Positions 1 to 13,462 of a stretch of 64,000 nucleotides of DNA are shown one piece after another. Below the pieces are notes generated by a model, which saw only the letters and a program-made list of their open reading frames with translations, was not told the origin of the DNA and searched no databases. The position numbers and the translations under genes are program-made. Each line of letters begins with the position of its first letter. The first letter of the stretch is position 1. The DNA lies in NCBI GenBank assembly GCA_051294905.1, contig CM119376.1:21886001-21950000 (forward strand), read 5' to 3'. Origin of the DNA: Botryllus schlosseri. Taxonomy: Eukaryota.

Positions 1-39
1 CATCAAAAATCGTATCACAAAATATGACGTCACCGGCAT

Positions 40-370
40 TCAGTATTACGCAGATATCACACTGGATACATTTGTATGTGACAAAAGGGTGTCTTTCATA
101 GAACAAATAATTATTGTAATGGAACGTTGAGTTGCATGTGACCGTACCACCAATTTTACCACAGCACGAGTAGCATACTTTCCTGGATTGTTAATCATTT
201 TAGTGGAATTTTACCAGCAAACATTCATAAAAATAACCGAATGCAGCAGAATCAAATTCATTATCTAAGGATATACCAGTTTACTTACGAAATACCGCGA
301 TGCTTACCAGTATTTTAAACAACAAATGCATTTCAAGAAGGTGCCAATTGCAATACATACTACCTGCACA
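40..370. repeat. Direct repeat, copy 1 (partner at about 1116-1473)
   Basis: Co-linear similarity, e.g. CGCAGATATCA.ACTGGATACA, TTCCTGGATTGTTAA, TTTTACCAGCAAACATTCATAAAAAT, CAGAATCAAATTCATT, GATGCTTACCAGTATT, CAATACATACTACCTGCA. Confidence 0.85.
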
Positions 371-1115
371 TTAGGGCATTTTTCATATTCTTTCCATCAG
401 CCGCAACCCAGGCTTGATGAGTCCCGATTCGTGGCGTGCCATGGCGGATCTTTTTTTTACTGGTCAAATCCAAATGCTGCTCCTAGAAAATACGAAACAT
501 TACAAAGGAAAATTGTAAATTTGATGCAGAAATAAATATAAATATTTCACACAGATAGGTTACAGAAGCGCAGGAGAGGTGCTCAGCCACCCAGGTTGAG
601 AACCACTGACCTAGCCCATTATAGTTCAGTAAGCAATAGTTAAAGTACAAGATACACGAGCTCATTACGTTCAACTACATCTCTGTTCAGTGTTCAGTGT
701 ACACAGTTCAGGGTACACTGTACTGTACAGTGTACACAGATGAAGCCTTTTTCAGCTCATATCGAATAGCCCGTAAGCTACTCTGCGTGATAGTTCGTGA
801 GAAAAGTAGGACTGCAAAAACCAGCAAATTACATAATCAATGGTGATATATAAAATGAAAAAATAGGCTTACATAATCACATGTATCCATGGGTTCTTGA
901 GACAAAGGTCTGTATCACATAAGATGAATGTGCCGGCACAAAACCCGTTACGAACGACTCCTCACGTCACTGTCAACATTGTCTGATAGCGCAGGCACGG
1001 TAGACCCAGGGGGCTCTTTTTAAAGAGTGGACATCAGTTGAACGAATTTGAGGATCTATCCAAGACTATTGAAAAGAAATATTTGTTGCCAAAATTCGCA
1101 ATACAAATGAACTGC

Positions 1116-1473
1116 TCAGTAATCACGCAGATATCATACTGGATACAGTTTTTTTTCTGCAATAAGTTGTGCGTGACAGAAGGGTGTATTTCATAGAATA
1201 ATTGAGTAATGGAATGGAAAGTTGCACCTGACGTTACCACCAATTTTACTCTGGCACAGTTAGTATACTTCCTGGATTGTTAACAATTTTTGTGAAATTT
1301 TACCAGCAAACATTCATAAAAATCTTTATCACAAAGATAACGGATTGCAACAGAATCAAATTCATTCTCTAAGGATATACCAGTTCACTTACAAAACACC
1401 GTGATGCTTACCAGTATTCCATACAGCAAATACATTTCAAAAAGGTGCCAAGTTCAATACATACTACCTGCAA
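1116..1473. repeat. Direct repeat, copy 2 (partner at about 40-370)
   Basis: Same shared blocks as copy 1, with small indels. Confidence 0.85.
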
Positions 1474-1604
1474 AATAGAGTTTAGTTCAGTTACCGTGTC
1501 ACAATAAACTCAGAAAAGTCAAATTTGGGGATTGGGCAAAACAAATACTACCCTTTGTGATCCATGGTTTGTTGAAAAGATTGTTTGTTTGGCTGTGCTA
1601 TTAT

Positions 1605-2450
1605 TGGGGCGATTTTTTGGACCTAAAAAGGTAAGATTTTGACTAAAAAATTCAAATTCACACATATTTTGATGATGAAAAACTTAATTTTGACCCCATG
1701 TACTTAAATTAGGTGTTTCTCACATAGTGTTAGAATTGTATTACCGGAACTTATCTTTATTTCTGGCTGGAGCTGTCTGTTCTTCCGAAGTAATTTGACC
1801 TGAAAAAATCTTTTAGCATGAAAATTGACAAATTTTTATATGAAAAAGAACTTTTATCGAAATCTGGACCCATGAATAATTCTAGTATTAGTTACATCTC
1901 GTATTATGGTAGAAATAATCAAAAATTTGTTGTAGTACAACGAAAGATACTTTCCTACATTTTCGGGTAGAAAGTGTCTGTCCTAACTAAGTAGCTTGGC
2001 AAGAATGAAGAAAGAATGTTCACCAACTGCAGTTTTTGGCCGTCAACACTGAAGTTGTGCGTACACTGCACTCTCTCTCTCATTATGACAAAGTTGTCTA
2101 CATCGCAATTATTCATCATACGGTTTCTAATAGAAGAACCAATGCCCACGCAGTCTTGCTTCAGTTAGGATAGTGCAATAGGCTACGTTGAGTATTTGTT
2201 TCATTTGACAGTTAATGATTCACAATGAGCAGACGATGGTCCGTCTACAACGGTAGGACTATAAAGTAGGCTACAAGATGTAAATTGTAAAATGATAAGT
2301 TCACCGACAGTGCAATCATCTATGATACAAACGAAATGCAAGTTGCCAACAAAATTTTGATTTTGTAAAGAATTTTGGCAATTTTTGACCTAACGGTACA
2401 ATTTTGACAAAATTCTGACCTATTTTGACATGTCAAAAAAAATCGCTTTA
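1605..2450 (-). mobile_element. Degraded non-autonomous hAT element (TAGGGCG-type ends, TTTGACC subterminal repeats)
   Basis: Co-linear with 5186-6005 and 29078-29774; eroded termini TGGGGCGATTTTT ... AAATCGCTTTA; TSD not conserved. Confidence 0.7.
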
Positions 2451-3429
2451 GTTAACACCTTACCACTTGGAATAAACAGTAGGCCCACAGTGTAAAATGT
2501 GTTGCAGTTGAAAAACAATCAAAACCGTTGCATGACTGTCATACCGGCATTCAATTGCTGACATTGCAGTACTTGTCCACAATGGACCACAATATCGCCT
2601 ACATAGTGATATTTCAGTGTGGATAGAGAGAACATCCCTTTATCCATATGTCAAAAAATTTACTTTTATAGCAGCTTCCCATCAGTACCGTAGTACTGGA
2701 CCTGGTCGCAGCCTGGTATATTATCAGATTCGAAGCTCGATCATACAGCAATAATATCAGACGAATCATATACTACAAAACATCTAAAGAACATTCATAT
2801 GAATAAGGGATATCAGTAGCCTGCTAAAACATCTAAAACAAACGACGTTACTGCAATGTCAAAGCGAGTTTTTATGACTATTCTCACATTACATACAATC
2901 AATAACATTTACCGGATTTCCATACCTTACAGTACATGGATGTTATGATCCTTTACGCCATCAGGTAGCAGAAACTGCTTCAATATATCCATTTCGCCAA
3001 GTTTTTTCGTGTACCCTACTCTCTGCCTGAAGCCTGACGAACCACCAATTCAAATCCAAACTGAAATCGAGCGCGCTCTACCGTAACGAAGGTTGTGACC
3101 CCTCTGCGTCACAGGGAAATATGTATATTTCATTGAAATATCACCCTTAAACTTAGTGTTGGGTCAAGTGAGTAATATTATTTTACATATACCGTGATTT
3201 AATGTGATCTCCAAACGTAGCGATGGTTTATGAATGCAAAATTGATGATAAAATACCAAGTATATATTTTCTTGAAAATAAGCCGCAGTGGCGAAGTGTT
3301 ACATGTAAACGGAGAAATACGCAGAAGCGTTGCGACGATAATGGCCCAATGCGTTTATATGCCCAAAAAGTGTGTCTGTACGCAGAAAAAAGTGTTATGA
3401 AGTGTTCAATACGACCTTGCGGATTTACA

Positions 3430-3770
3430 GTGTAGTTGCAACATGTTCATGACGAATTAATTGAAATCTGGAATACCCATAATGACAACGCTGAGAATCC
3501 TGAGCATATCTACTGTAACTCATCGAGCCTATATCTTTACACATCCCGATTCTAAGAGAAGTCTCGATGCGTTTTAATGTGCTGAAACCATGCTTGGATT
3601 CTGCGGATGAAATCGGGGTGGTCAATATGATATTAAAAAAGCTAGTTACCGCAGCAAAGTTGATAGAAAGCGATTTTTCAACTATAGGAATTTTGAAAGC
3701 TCACCACTGGATACTACTTCGAAAAAAAGATGCATTGGAATATAAGCCAGTCAACTCGCTAACCGAGTAA
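3430..3770 (-). pseudogene. hAT transposase C-terminal dimerisation-domain relic
   Basis: Minus strand reads ...FFNIILTTPISSAESKHGFSTLKRIETSLRIGMCKD, matching the hAT motif T.PvssA..ERsFS.LKRIKT.LR..M; stops and frameshifts present. Confidence 0.7.
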
Positions 3771-4622
3771 TGTCGATGATCGGGTAATATCGAGACACCG
3801 TTTGCAGTAGAGACCAGCATGCACATTTTTCAGATCACGATTGCCAATTTTGTTCCAACTAGATAGACTGCCTCTGGCTGGCACCAGCAGTGTAAAAAGT
3901 GTATAACAAGGCGTCCTTATCCCCGCGTATATCTCAGCTATTCATTGTTATCGAAATATGTTGGGAAAGGGTAAGAGTGCACTTTCCCCCCGCGTACGAT
4001 TAGTAGATCAATGGACATTGGACAATTTCTAGGGCTAGGCTGATAAGGACCGAGTCTCTTTACCTCTAATTATTGCTCTAAAGGAAATTGCTTAAACGGT
4101 GTACGGAGCAGAAATTCAACACGATCCATGTTCGCAATTGACCTGGCTAACAATATGACTCGAGATATTATTGTGTATAGCTATAGATAACTAACCTACT
4201 GATAGATTCGCAACATGTGATTCACGGCCGAGTGATGCTACATTCGCAGATTTGTTGTCGCTTCATAGCATGAAACGGAAACGCAATTGCTAATCCCATA
4301 TAGATGACGACCCGAGCACTCAAATTTAATAAAGTTGATATTATTTGAAAGCTATGCAGTGGCGGTGGTTCTGATAATATACATCAAACTCTGATCAGGG
4401 CAATGAAACCCCCTAGAAATACTCCTCAGTCTCAAAATCGGCACTGTTCTGAACAATCGCAACCAGGGCTCTGGAGCAGCCGAAAATTTAAACTGCTCCA
4501 GCTCCGGCTCCGGAGCTCTCTTCTATCATACATTAGCTCCGGCTCCAGCTCCGGAGCCTTATTATTACCACTGCTCCGGCTCCAGCTCCGGCTCTGAAAT
4601 AATCGAATGGGCCTATCTATAT

Positions 4623-6135
4623 CAGGGGTGGCCAACCCGCGGGCCAAATGGCCCGCGAGAGGTTTGGCGTGGCCCGTGATGTAATTTCCTATTATATTAT
4701 CGAAAATGAATTGCTCAGATTGTGAACTTGCAATGCCAACCAAAAATTACAATTCTGGCTGCGACACTTGGAATGTTGATGACTAAAATATCAGTTCCGA
4801 CGCATTGGCAGATCCAGGGTCCAGTCGCATTTTCAGTAAATCGTCGTACATTACAATAAACTAAAATAGTTTAGCGAAATTTTTCTTCGCGCTTCGCTTG
4901 TTTAATTGTCACACGATTTCTTGCTTGGTAGCCTACCCCTTACTGACAATGAAAAAACGCCCAATTTACCCGATTGAGTCTAACTGTATTCGCAATTACG
5001 CGAGAAAGTCTTTTCGCGTTTGCGCTCGCATAAAGATCGTCGACGGTGAAATGTAGGCACAACATTATTGTCGCATATTATCGGAGACCTTCGATATCGA
5101 TGTGACCAGACGCTGAATAGTCGTGTCCTTGCAAACTGAGCCTAGCGGGCTGTATACAATAGACCCGCAATGCTAAAGTAATAATTAGGGCGGTTTTTTT
5201 TTGACCTAAAAAAAAGTAAATTTTGACCTAAAAATTCAAAATTTTGACTTTTTTTGACCTAAAAAAACTGAATTTTGACCAAATTTTGACCTAACGTATG
5301 CAAATTAGGTGTTTTCCCAAATAATGTCAAAATTGTACCAGTTATCTACATTTCCGGTTGTAACTGGCTGTCCCAACGTAGTAGTTTGGCCTGAAAAAAC
5401 GCTTTTGCCTTAGAAACAGGCAACTTTGAACATATAAAAAACAATATTTTAACGAAATCTGGCTCTATGAAGAATTCCAGTGGTTGCAATACGTATTATG
5501 GTGGAAATAATTTTAAAAAATTGTAGTACAACGAGAGATACTTTCCTATATTCTTGGGTAAAAAGTGCATGTCCTTACTTGCCAAGGACGTTCAACAGCA
5601 GCAGTTGTTGGCTTACAACACTCAAGTTGTGCAATGTGCATACACTACTGGTGACGCACCATGTTGCTTCATTCTGACAATGTTGTCTATTACAATTTTT
5701 CATCATGCGCATCTCAATATCAGAATGATGCCCCAGTTGGGATATTGCGGTACGTGGACCATTGACCGTTGATGATTCAGTATGAGCAGACAATGCGCCG
5801 TTTACAACAGTAGGCCTATAAAGTAGACTACAAGCTGTAAAATATCAAATGATACGTTCACAGACAGTGCAAAATCTACGATACAAACGAAATAAAGACG
5901 TCAAAAAAATTTTGACTTTATGAACAATTTTGACAAATTTTGACCTAACGCTACAATTTTGACAAAATTTTGACAAATTTTGACATGTCAAAAAAAACCG
6001 CCCTAGTAATAATATTATCGACCTAGTTTATTTATAAACTTAGAAAATTATATACCCTCTTAGCACGGCTAGTGGACCGCACACTCGTTCGTCAATTTCA
6101 TGTGCCCCTTTAGCCGAAAAGGTTGGCCATTCCTG
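4623..6135. mobile_element. hAT MITE (CAGGGGTGGCCAACC ends), nested
   Basis: TIRs CAGGGGTGGCCAACC / GGTTGGCCATTCCTG; TSD ATCTATAT / GTCTATAT (7 of 8). Confidence 0.85.
5186..6005 (-). mobile_element. Non-autonomous hAT element (TAGGGCGG ends), nested
   Basis: TIRs TAGGGCGGTTTTTTT / AAAAAAACCGCCCTA; perfect TSD GTAATAAT at 5178-5185 and 6006-6013. Confidence 0.9.
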
Positions 6136-6989
6136 GTCTATATAGATTACTAATCTACCCATAGGTTATTTATCTATAACAATCTACAGTCTGTCAGCCG
6201 TCAGTAATATCCGATGTAGCTACGAAGACATATAGGTGCCGCCGTGCCGGCTTGTGACGTCATACTGAATACTTGTCAATTGTCGACAACATCATAGTTG
6301 CACTAGAACGCTGCTGTTCAATTATGATAAATCAGCAGATGTGGTTGTTGCATGTATACATAATGGCATCTTATGAAATAGGTCGGAGTCGGAGCTACTC
6401 CTCCAATAACGGGCTCCAGCTCCGGCTCCGGCTCCGGCTGAATTTTATGTAGAGCTCCGGCTCCGGCTCCAGCTCCTGTGAAAAGGCACGGCTCCGGGGC
6501 TCCGGCTCCGGGCTCCGGCTCCGGCTCCAAAGCCCTGATCGCAACCACGCAAGGACCATTGTTATGGTCATTGTGCTGCGTCGTTGCGATTGTTTATAAC
6601 AATGCCGAATTTCAGATTTTGAAGGCTATTTCGGGGTGGTTCCATGGCCTTGATGAAAATTGAATGTATATTATCAGAATCAGCGCGAAGGAAAGGAATG
6701 GAAGGATCTGTTCTTCCCGAGTTCATTGCCATAGGTAGCACTGTATTTATACAGCAGTATTTCGGCATTATATTTTAGTATGTGTTACTAAATATTTTAT
6801 TTCCTTTTCTAATTCTACTATTGATGAAGAAATAAACATTTCACTGTAATCTTGTCGTTTTTATACAGTCTACACGGCTGTAGAAATACATCGAAGTGTC
6901 AACTAGGCTTAGGTAAATGCAGCGTCCTTCGTTGCTGCGCCGTTTCTATGGCCATTGTCTCTCGGCCAATCAGCGTAAAGTTTGGTTTA

Positions 6990-9825
6990 CGGACATCAGA
7001 CATGTGTACACAATACAAAATAGTCTACGACCGGAATAACCATGTGCGGATCAGTTAACAGACATATTCCAAGGTAAAGCTCACGCTGGTACGTTCGGCT
7101 ACGTTTTTTAAATATTGTCTCTGGTGGTCGTATCGAGAACACGTCAGTAGAATATGTTCGACAGTTTCTGGTACGGTGCATGTTTCGCAGAGACCAGCAC
7201 TGTCGTGACAACTAATGCGATGGGGGTGCGAGTTCAATTTACAGTGTCCAGTTTGTAGTCGCAATATAATTGATACTTCCCTCGGCGACAAATTTTGTGG
7301 TTGGAGAATGCATGAGAACGGTGCGTGCATACGAATGTCTCAAGTACAGTCTCGACCGATGCCGTTTAATTCCGACATCCACTTTTCAGTACATATTCCA
7401 TTGGTGTACGACTTCATTTCGGCAAGTGACAGAATCATTTCATTTTCGTCGTTGGGTCCAAGTGTGCTAGCGACAAGTTTTGCGAGTTTATCCGTCCTTT
7501 CATTGCCACGTATTCCTGTGTGAGCGGGAACCCAAATAAACGTTACTTGTACTCCATTTTTGCAAGTTCTCTGCAAAGTAAGATAATAGCTTCAATTAAA
7601 CTATTTGAATTGCTATTGTTTTCTATTGAGTTCAATGCGCTTTGACTGTCAGAGAATATCGCTAACTGTTTGGACGGCATACATGCGTTGCTCACCTAAT
7701 TTAGACTTAACATAATTGCGTATAACTCAGAGGAAAATATTGTTTGTTTGACGTTACACGCAGCCCAATGATAATATTGAAATACTTTGACCCAAAATGC
7801 TGCACTACCGCGGGTATTTCTTTTCGATCCGTCGGTGTACTTTCGTATAAGTCCGATAGCGCGTCGCTATGTAACGTTTGCATTCCTGGATTATATATTC
7901 AGGATGGTGTGCCCCGGAGGTGATCAGCGTCAATTGAAAATCGACAACAAGCTGTTGATTCACCCAAGGCGGCAATGTACTCGGTTTCCTCGACTGCAAA
8001 ATAATATTTTGAATAGAAGCGGATCTGGTTTTCATGCGAAACATTATAAACTGAGGCGAGTCGGGAAAAATGCATGCCAAGATTCTCGAGTTAATGATAT
8101 GCAGAGGTGGTTTAGAGTTGCCAGAATAATATTGCGGTACTTAGCAGGCTTGAAGCCGTCTTATGTGAATTGGTGGCTCATCGCAGGAATGCTGCAGGGC
8201 GTAAACTGTCGCGTAAACAGATTCTCAGAGCTGCGTTCTGAATTTTCGGTATTGCTTGTATGATGAAGATTGGCGAAAATAAATAAGCTTCACAGCCCTA
8301 CTCAATGACGGATCTAATTAGTGCTCTATAAACAGCTAGAAGGCGAGGCTTGCTCGCACCCCATGATGTCCCGCTTAATAACCTCAAAATGTTCATTCTT
8401 TTAATACATTTCCCCACGACCGCATCCTTTTCGGGACGGTACGACAGGCGCGAATAAAAGTTGATTCCAAGATATTTATGTTGCTTATTGATTGAGAGTG
8501 GAGTACCTCCTATCTGAAGGTTCACTTGCAGTAGTTTCATACCCTTGGAGGATATGACTGCATCAGTGTTGGGATCAAGTCACTACCTTCGAGTCACGAG
8601 TCATCTCGAGTCATTGCAGATTTTGACTCGAGTCAAGTCAAGTCAATCGATTTTCAAAGGTGACTCGAGTCAAGTCAAGTCACTCATTTTTTGGAGGTGA
8701 CTCGAGTCAAGTCGAGTCAAGTCAAGTCACGAGACAAGCCACAAGTCAAGTCAAATTGAATTTTCGAAGTATGAGTGATGATTCAAATTCATTACAATTT
8801 GCTAGCTGTGTGAAAGACAGATTAATTAAGCATTTATCTTAATCAAATAACGAATATCTAGTTGAATATGCATGCAAAAAGACGGTAGACTATATCCCTC
8901 ACGCACACATAGAACTGCTAAGTAGTACGTGAGTAACTGTACGGCTATACATACTACAGTCAGTTCTTATCAGCCAAAATATAGGACCTAATACGAAACT
9001 TCGAGAAGTTGAAACAAAATGATATGGTACAATTGCCTACACTACTTATCTACACTTCCATGAGAATATAAACGCACCCAATATATTCGTTCGATTTGAG
9101 GATTGGTAAATGTGAACACTGGGCAACGTAAGCATTGAGCCGTCTAAGAAAAAGAGACACATTGCTATTTAGATTAATTTTCTACATTTCGGTCAATTTA
9201 TTTGTGATCGTACAATGGAGGAACCTTGTAACGTACAATCAGTGGACTGGTTGTTCTCACAAGTGCCACCGACGTATCTCGAATAATCCGAACATCCACA
9301 AGATACAGTGATTTATTCGACACCCCTTACTTGATGACTTGAAATTGACTCGTAAATTTTGCTCTGAGTCACGAGTCAATGCACATTTTTGAAGCTCCAA
9401 GTCAAGTCAAGTCAAGTCATTTTTCCAAAGTGACTCGAGTCAAGTCAAGTCATACGAAAAAGTTGACTCGAGTCTGATGCGAGTCAAGTCATGACTCGAG
9501 TCATCCCAGCACTGGACTGCATAGCTGATTTCTTTCACATTAACACGAAGTCCCCATTTCGTTGCCCACTTGAGCACTTCATCCAAGGATTTTTGCTGTG
9601 ATTTCGGTATATATTGATTTGCATCGTCCGCAAACAGATTTATTGTGCTGTTGACTGCTGTGGAAAGATCATTAATCATTACGCTAAATAAAGTCGGACT
9701 TAACACACTACCCCGGGGAGTTCCATTTTCTATAATGTAGGTATTGGATAGATTCTGTCCTACGCGTACTTGGCAAGTGCGGTTGCTGATAAATGAATAT
9801 ATCCATTTTAAGATGTAGCCGGTGT
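6990..9825 (-). mobile_element. 5'-truncated I-clade LINE (family A): RT C-half, RNase H and CCHC finger, pseudogenised
   Basis: Minus-strand peptides ENGTPRGSVLSPTLF, LFADD, KYLG, WVPAHTGIRGNERTDKLAK, CETCTVPETVEHILLTC; co-linear with the + copy at 33340-35707. Confidence 0.9.
8564..9514. mobile_element. Non-autonomous hAT element with GACTCGAGTCAAGTC subterminal arrays, inserted in the LINE
   Basis: TIRs CAGTGTTGGGA / TCCCAGCACTG; perfect TSD GACTGCAT at 8556-8563 and 9515-9522; LINE sequence rejoins across it. Confidence 0.92.
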
Positions 9826-10619
9826 AATATAGTTCAATGTATTTAAAAAGTTGCTGTAAAAACCGCACAATTCGCGATATTCGAGCCCGTTCTGTCGATC
9901 GCGTGACCGGAGCGTCGGGAGCACATATACAATCATTACGTTAATCACAATCACACTTCCCCTTGATCTAAAGATCACAAGAGTAACCAACACGTAATGC
10001 AACGATGTAACTTCAAACGTGGAAATAAAGTGAACAATTCTTGCACAGTGTATATATGAAACGGCAGACTTCCCCTTGGTCTTTAGATCGCACGGGAAGC
10101 CAAGTCAACGTGATAAGTGTGGAAACGTATAAAAGTAATACGCAGTGTACACATTTCGCTACATCAAACTGAAAGTTAAATTTCGACATATGGTTGCATG
10201 TGATTTATTGACGGGGAAGGGGAATCATTTGGTCTTCCTACCCCCGTGATCTATTGATCACTAAACTAAATTCAAGGCTTTAGAGCGCAGGTGCCCCCGC
10301 AGTGTAGCCTATAGGACTGTCTGGCCAATGGGCCAATTGGGAATAATATAACACGAGTTATTTGATATTAGAAGCACACAAAGTGGACCCCACAACTAAA
10401 ACATACTAGCGTACAAGAAAACGAACAACTGCGGTGTAGGTGTGACTCAAACGATGGTAACAATATAGTTCACATATTTGTGAAATATTCCATAAAATGC
10501 CCTTACTATTAGTAGCAACGATCACTACCAGAAATCACGATTTGTAGCAATATGTTTCAACAAGTAATCATAATAATAATAGGCCGGCCTGAAGCTTACA
10601 CGCTAGAATGAATGCAAAG

Positions 10620-10860
10620 ACTTGACTGTGTGAAATAGCGAGATAGCGTAAAGGTATGCCTATACGTTCCACAGAAGCGGCACCAATGGGTTGCGGGTTC
10701 GAGTCTGACTGAGGTCGACTCCAGGATTCCTACCGGAGTTTTATCTAGGCTGCTCCGCGCCACGTGGTCCGCGTAAGCGGAGTCTTAAAAGGCCTAGAAG
10801 TGGGCCGTGCTGCAAGTCGGTGAATACGGAAACATAATGAAGAATATCGGCCTGGTGTAA
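10620..10860 (+). mobile_element. Candidate tRNA-derived SINE
   Basis: A-box-like TAGCGTAAAGG (about 10644-10654), B-box GGTTCGAGTC (10696-10705), then GAGGTCGACTC and a GC-rich hairpin-forming body; no intact cloverleaf; ends approximate. Confidence 0.5.
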
Positions 10861-12232
10861 AGTGACCAATGTAGTCAAAACACCATGAATATCAAACAAA
10901 ATCAACTGTGTGAATGTTCAATTGGTGCCATATGTATTCGAATGTACCACTTCCATCACCTCTACTGGTAAGCCTGATCTTGTATGTTTCAATATTACTA
11001 AACAAAATCGTTCATTAAAAAATTGGCGCGATTCAATGCACATATTTTAACAGCATAAATATTAGCTCTTTATATCAAAAAGTCATTAATAACCATGTTA
11101 CCGGCGCAATCATTCGTAAACCGCATGTTAACCTTAGGCCAACGGCCGGACGCCCCTAGACTGGTATTCAATTCATACTAGGTTATCGGTTGATCTAAGC
11201 ATGCCGGTCTCTTTTCAGACGGTCTGACGCTCAAAAAGATATAGTGATTGCTGATTGGGCGTCAATAATCCACATCCAATAGCTGCAGCCACACCCAATT
11301 CTAAATATGGCTGGTACAGTCCTCGCCGCATTAGTTTCGGAGAATGATAAATCAGCATAATAAACAGATTCGAAGAGAATGCGTTCACTTTGTTGTCTCT
11401 TTTAGTAAATTATTAAATAGCTCACTATGATTCATTCGCTAATCATATATACGATCGTGAATATAGTGCGGTATCCGCGTGGCACATGCCTATCCATTGC
11501 AAACATTAATGAGAATATCGAATTGTAAAGTAATGACTCCGTCGCAAATATTGCAGCATATACAAACAGTACCAGTCAAAGTTCGCAGTTCGCCCGATAT
11601 TGTTCATTACATTGGTCTACGCAATATTTGCGACAGATTGTATTTTAGGTCCTCTTTACCAAATTTCGGGGGCTGAATCCCAATCTGGCGTTGTTTTGTC
11701 TCTGTCGCGTCACGTAATATGGTAATTATAATACAATAAAAACAATCAATTAATGAAATATTTTTCAACTAGTCCTTAAATGTTTTAAGTGTTCTTGTTT
11801 TAATCAGAACTTGGGAGTTTTCGTTTTGATGACCGTATTTCAAAAGTATACAGCGGAGTAAAATTTCCTTTTTAATCTCACCAGTAATCGACCATTATGT
11901 GCACTCTATCGGCCATAGTAACGCTCTTACATACCTTCATGATCTTCATGACTGACATTACCAAGGTTTTCAGGAAAGTAATCTATAGGATTTTTCCGAT
12001 ATCGTAGCTTTGTATTCTCATCATATTGTGTGTCATATATTGCATGCCGGACATCTATTTAATGAGGTTTGGATTGTTTCTCGATTTTTTGTTGCCAAGA
12101 AGTGGCTAGCGACGAGGAGGCCAGTAACGCAATACCCGTGAAAAGTAGGTAGGAGTTTTTGGAAAAGTTTACATCAATTTTATGAGTGAAATTATTCCAA
12201 GAGCAGTGTGAAATAGACACGGTGATAATAAA

Positions 12233-12380
12233 TAGCGATGGTGTGAACATGACGTTCACGTTAGAGCTATGTGTGTGTAACTCTGAAAGTTTAGGGTTTG
12301 CGTTCAACAACGAGCCTTGGTATAGGTTCCGCACTGTAAACCTTTTTCATGTATTACAAATTTTCACGTCACGATAGTAT
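12233..12380. mobile_element. End fragment of the TAGGGATGGTGTGAAC hAT family
   Basis: TAGCGATGGTGTGAAC start and GTTCAC/GTGAAC repeats shared with 42945-43942. Confidence 0.6.
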
Positions 12381-12683
12381 CTTTGGTTGAAATCAGTGAC
12401 GTGCAGTCAGGTGAGGCAAGTAAAGGGAAATTGTGAAAACCTTGATAATTTATTAATATTTAGCCTACAGTCGATGTTCATGAACAACTAAATTTGAACG
12501 TTTTTTTATCCATCATCGCCAATTTCCATATTTATTGTTCAAAAATATAGCGCAAAAGGAGAGATGATACACAGATGAGGCACGATCCACCTGCGACAAG
12601 AGTGTGAAATTAGCTTTAATACGTACAACGGAAGCGCAGGGAAACATTACCTAGGCGAACATGCCTCACTGACTACTCGCTAC

Positions 12684-13042
12684 CAATCAATCAATCATTT
12701 TTATTAATATTTTCATCATTTCAAAACACCACAAAACTGCGATACAATGAAAAGATGGGAAGGTGTCGAAACAACTTGGAGTAGTCTTTGAGATCAGACA
12801 CCCTCCTTGGCCTGGGCGAAGTAAAAAAGGGGCATGCACACTGAATGAAAAGTAAAGCAGAGAATATAAAAGGCAAGCTACAAAATGAGATGAAGGCGAG
12901 ATCGATGTTTTGTCGTGATCCGGTAATCCTGACGGCAGAAATTGCGTGTATTTCGACTTGAATGCGCACATGCTCGATGACTGTCGGATAGCCGGCGAGA
13001 TGCTGTTCCACAATTGGGGTCCGGCATACTTGATAGATCAGT
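12684..13042 (-). mobile_element. CR1/L2-group LINE 3' fragment with (ATTG)n tail
   Basis: Minus-strand ORF end WNSISPAIRQSSSMCAFKSKY and 3' UTR co-linear with 24385-25048. Confidence 0.8.
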
Positions 13043-13462
13043 GCTAACAATCAGACAATCGCAGCACAGTGAAACGCTCTATCGATTTCGTAAACCGACA
13101 GAGGCGACAGTACTGTGCTGTATGAATTGTATTGTAGCGACGGCTAATAGGCTTACATAATGCGGAGCAGATACACTCTCTTATTGATATATCTGTTATG
13201 CATTTCCATCCATACCTACCATAAATTGTGGTAGGTGATAACTATTTACATAGCCTGCGTTGTCGTTGTTTGTGGCCTTTAAGGTGTTTTCGACTGCAAT
13301 GGTCATTTACACGAGGTCGATATAGGCTATTCCTTGTTATGATTCGATATCTGCCGAATTGTAGCACGGCCCACTTCCGGGTTTTTGGAAGACACCGCTT
13401 GCGCGGATCAGATAGTGAGGAGCAGCCTACATTGCCGGCGTGTGAAGATGGCTAATGTGATA

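Larger units (their letters stand above)
4464..6537. mobile_element. hAT MITE with GGAGCC/GGCTCC tandem subterminal repeats (outer element of a three-level nest)
   Basis: TIRs CAGGGCTCTGGAGC / GCTCCAAAGCCCTG; perfect 8-bp TSD ATCGCAAC at 4456-4463 and 6538-6545. Another right end lies at about 62260-62398. Confidence 0.9.

Noticed and set aside
3223-3435. Cys-containing ORF that looked like a piggyBac C-terminal finger
   Set aside because: Cys spacing does not fit and there are no TTAA/CCC ends; the adjacent minus-strand relic is hAT.
6318-6663. ORFs with EPEPEP and GAGAGA repeats
   Set aside because: Translations of the GGAGCC tandem repeats of a MITE end.
7787-8263. 158-aa plus-strand ORF
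   Set aside because: Antisense shadow of the LINE RNase H region.
8564-9514. GACTCGAGTCAAGTC arrays as a CRISPR-like locus
   Set aside because: Irregular spacing, no unique constant-length spacers, no cas genes; bounded by TIRs and an 8-bp TSD.
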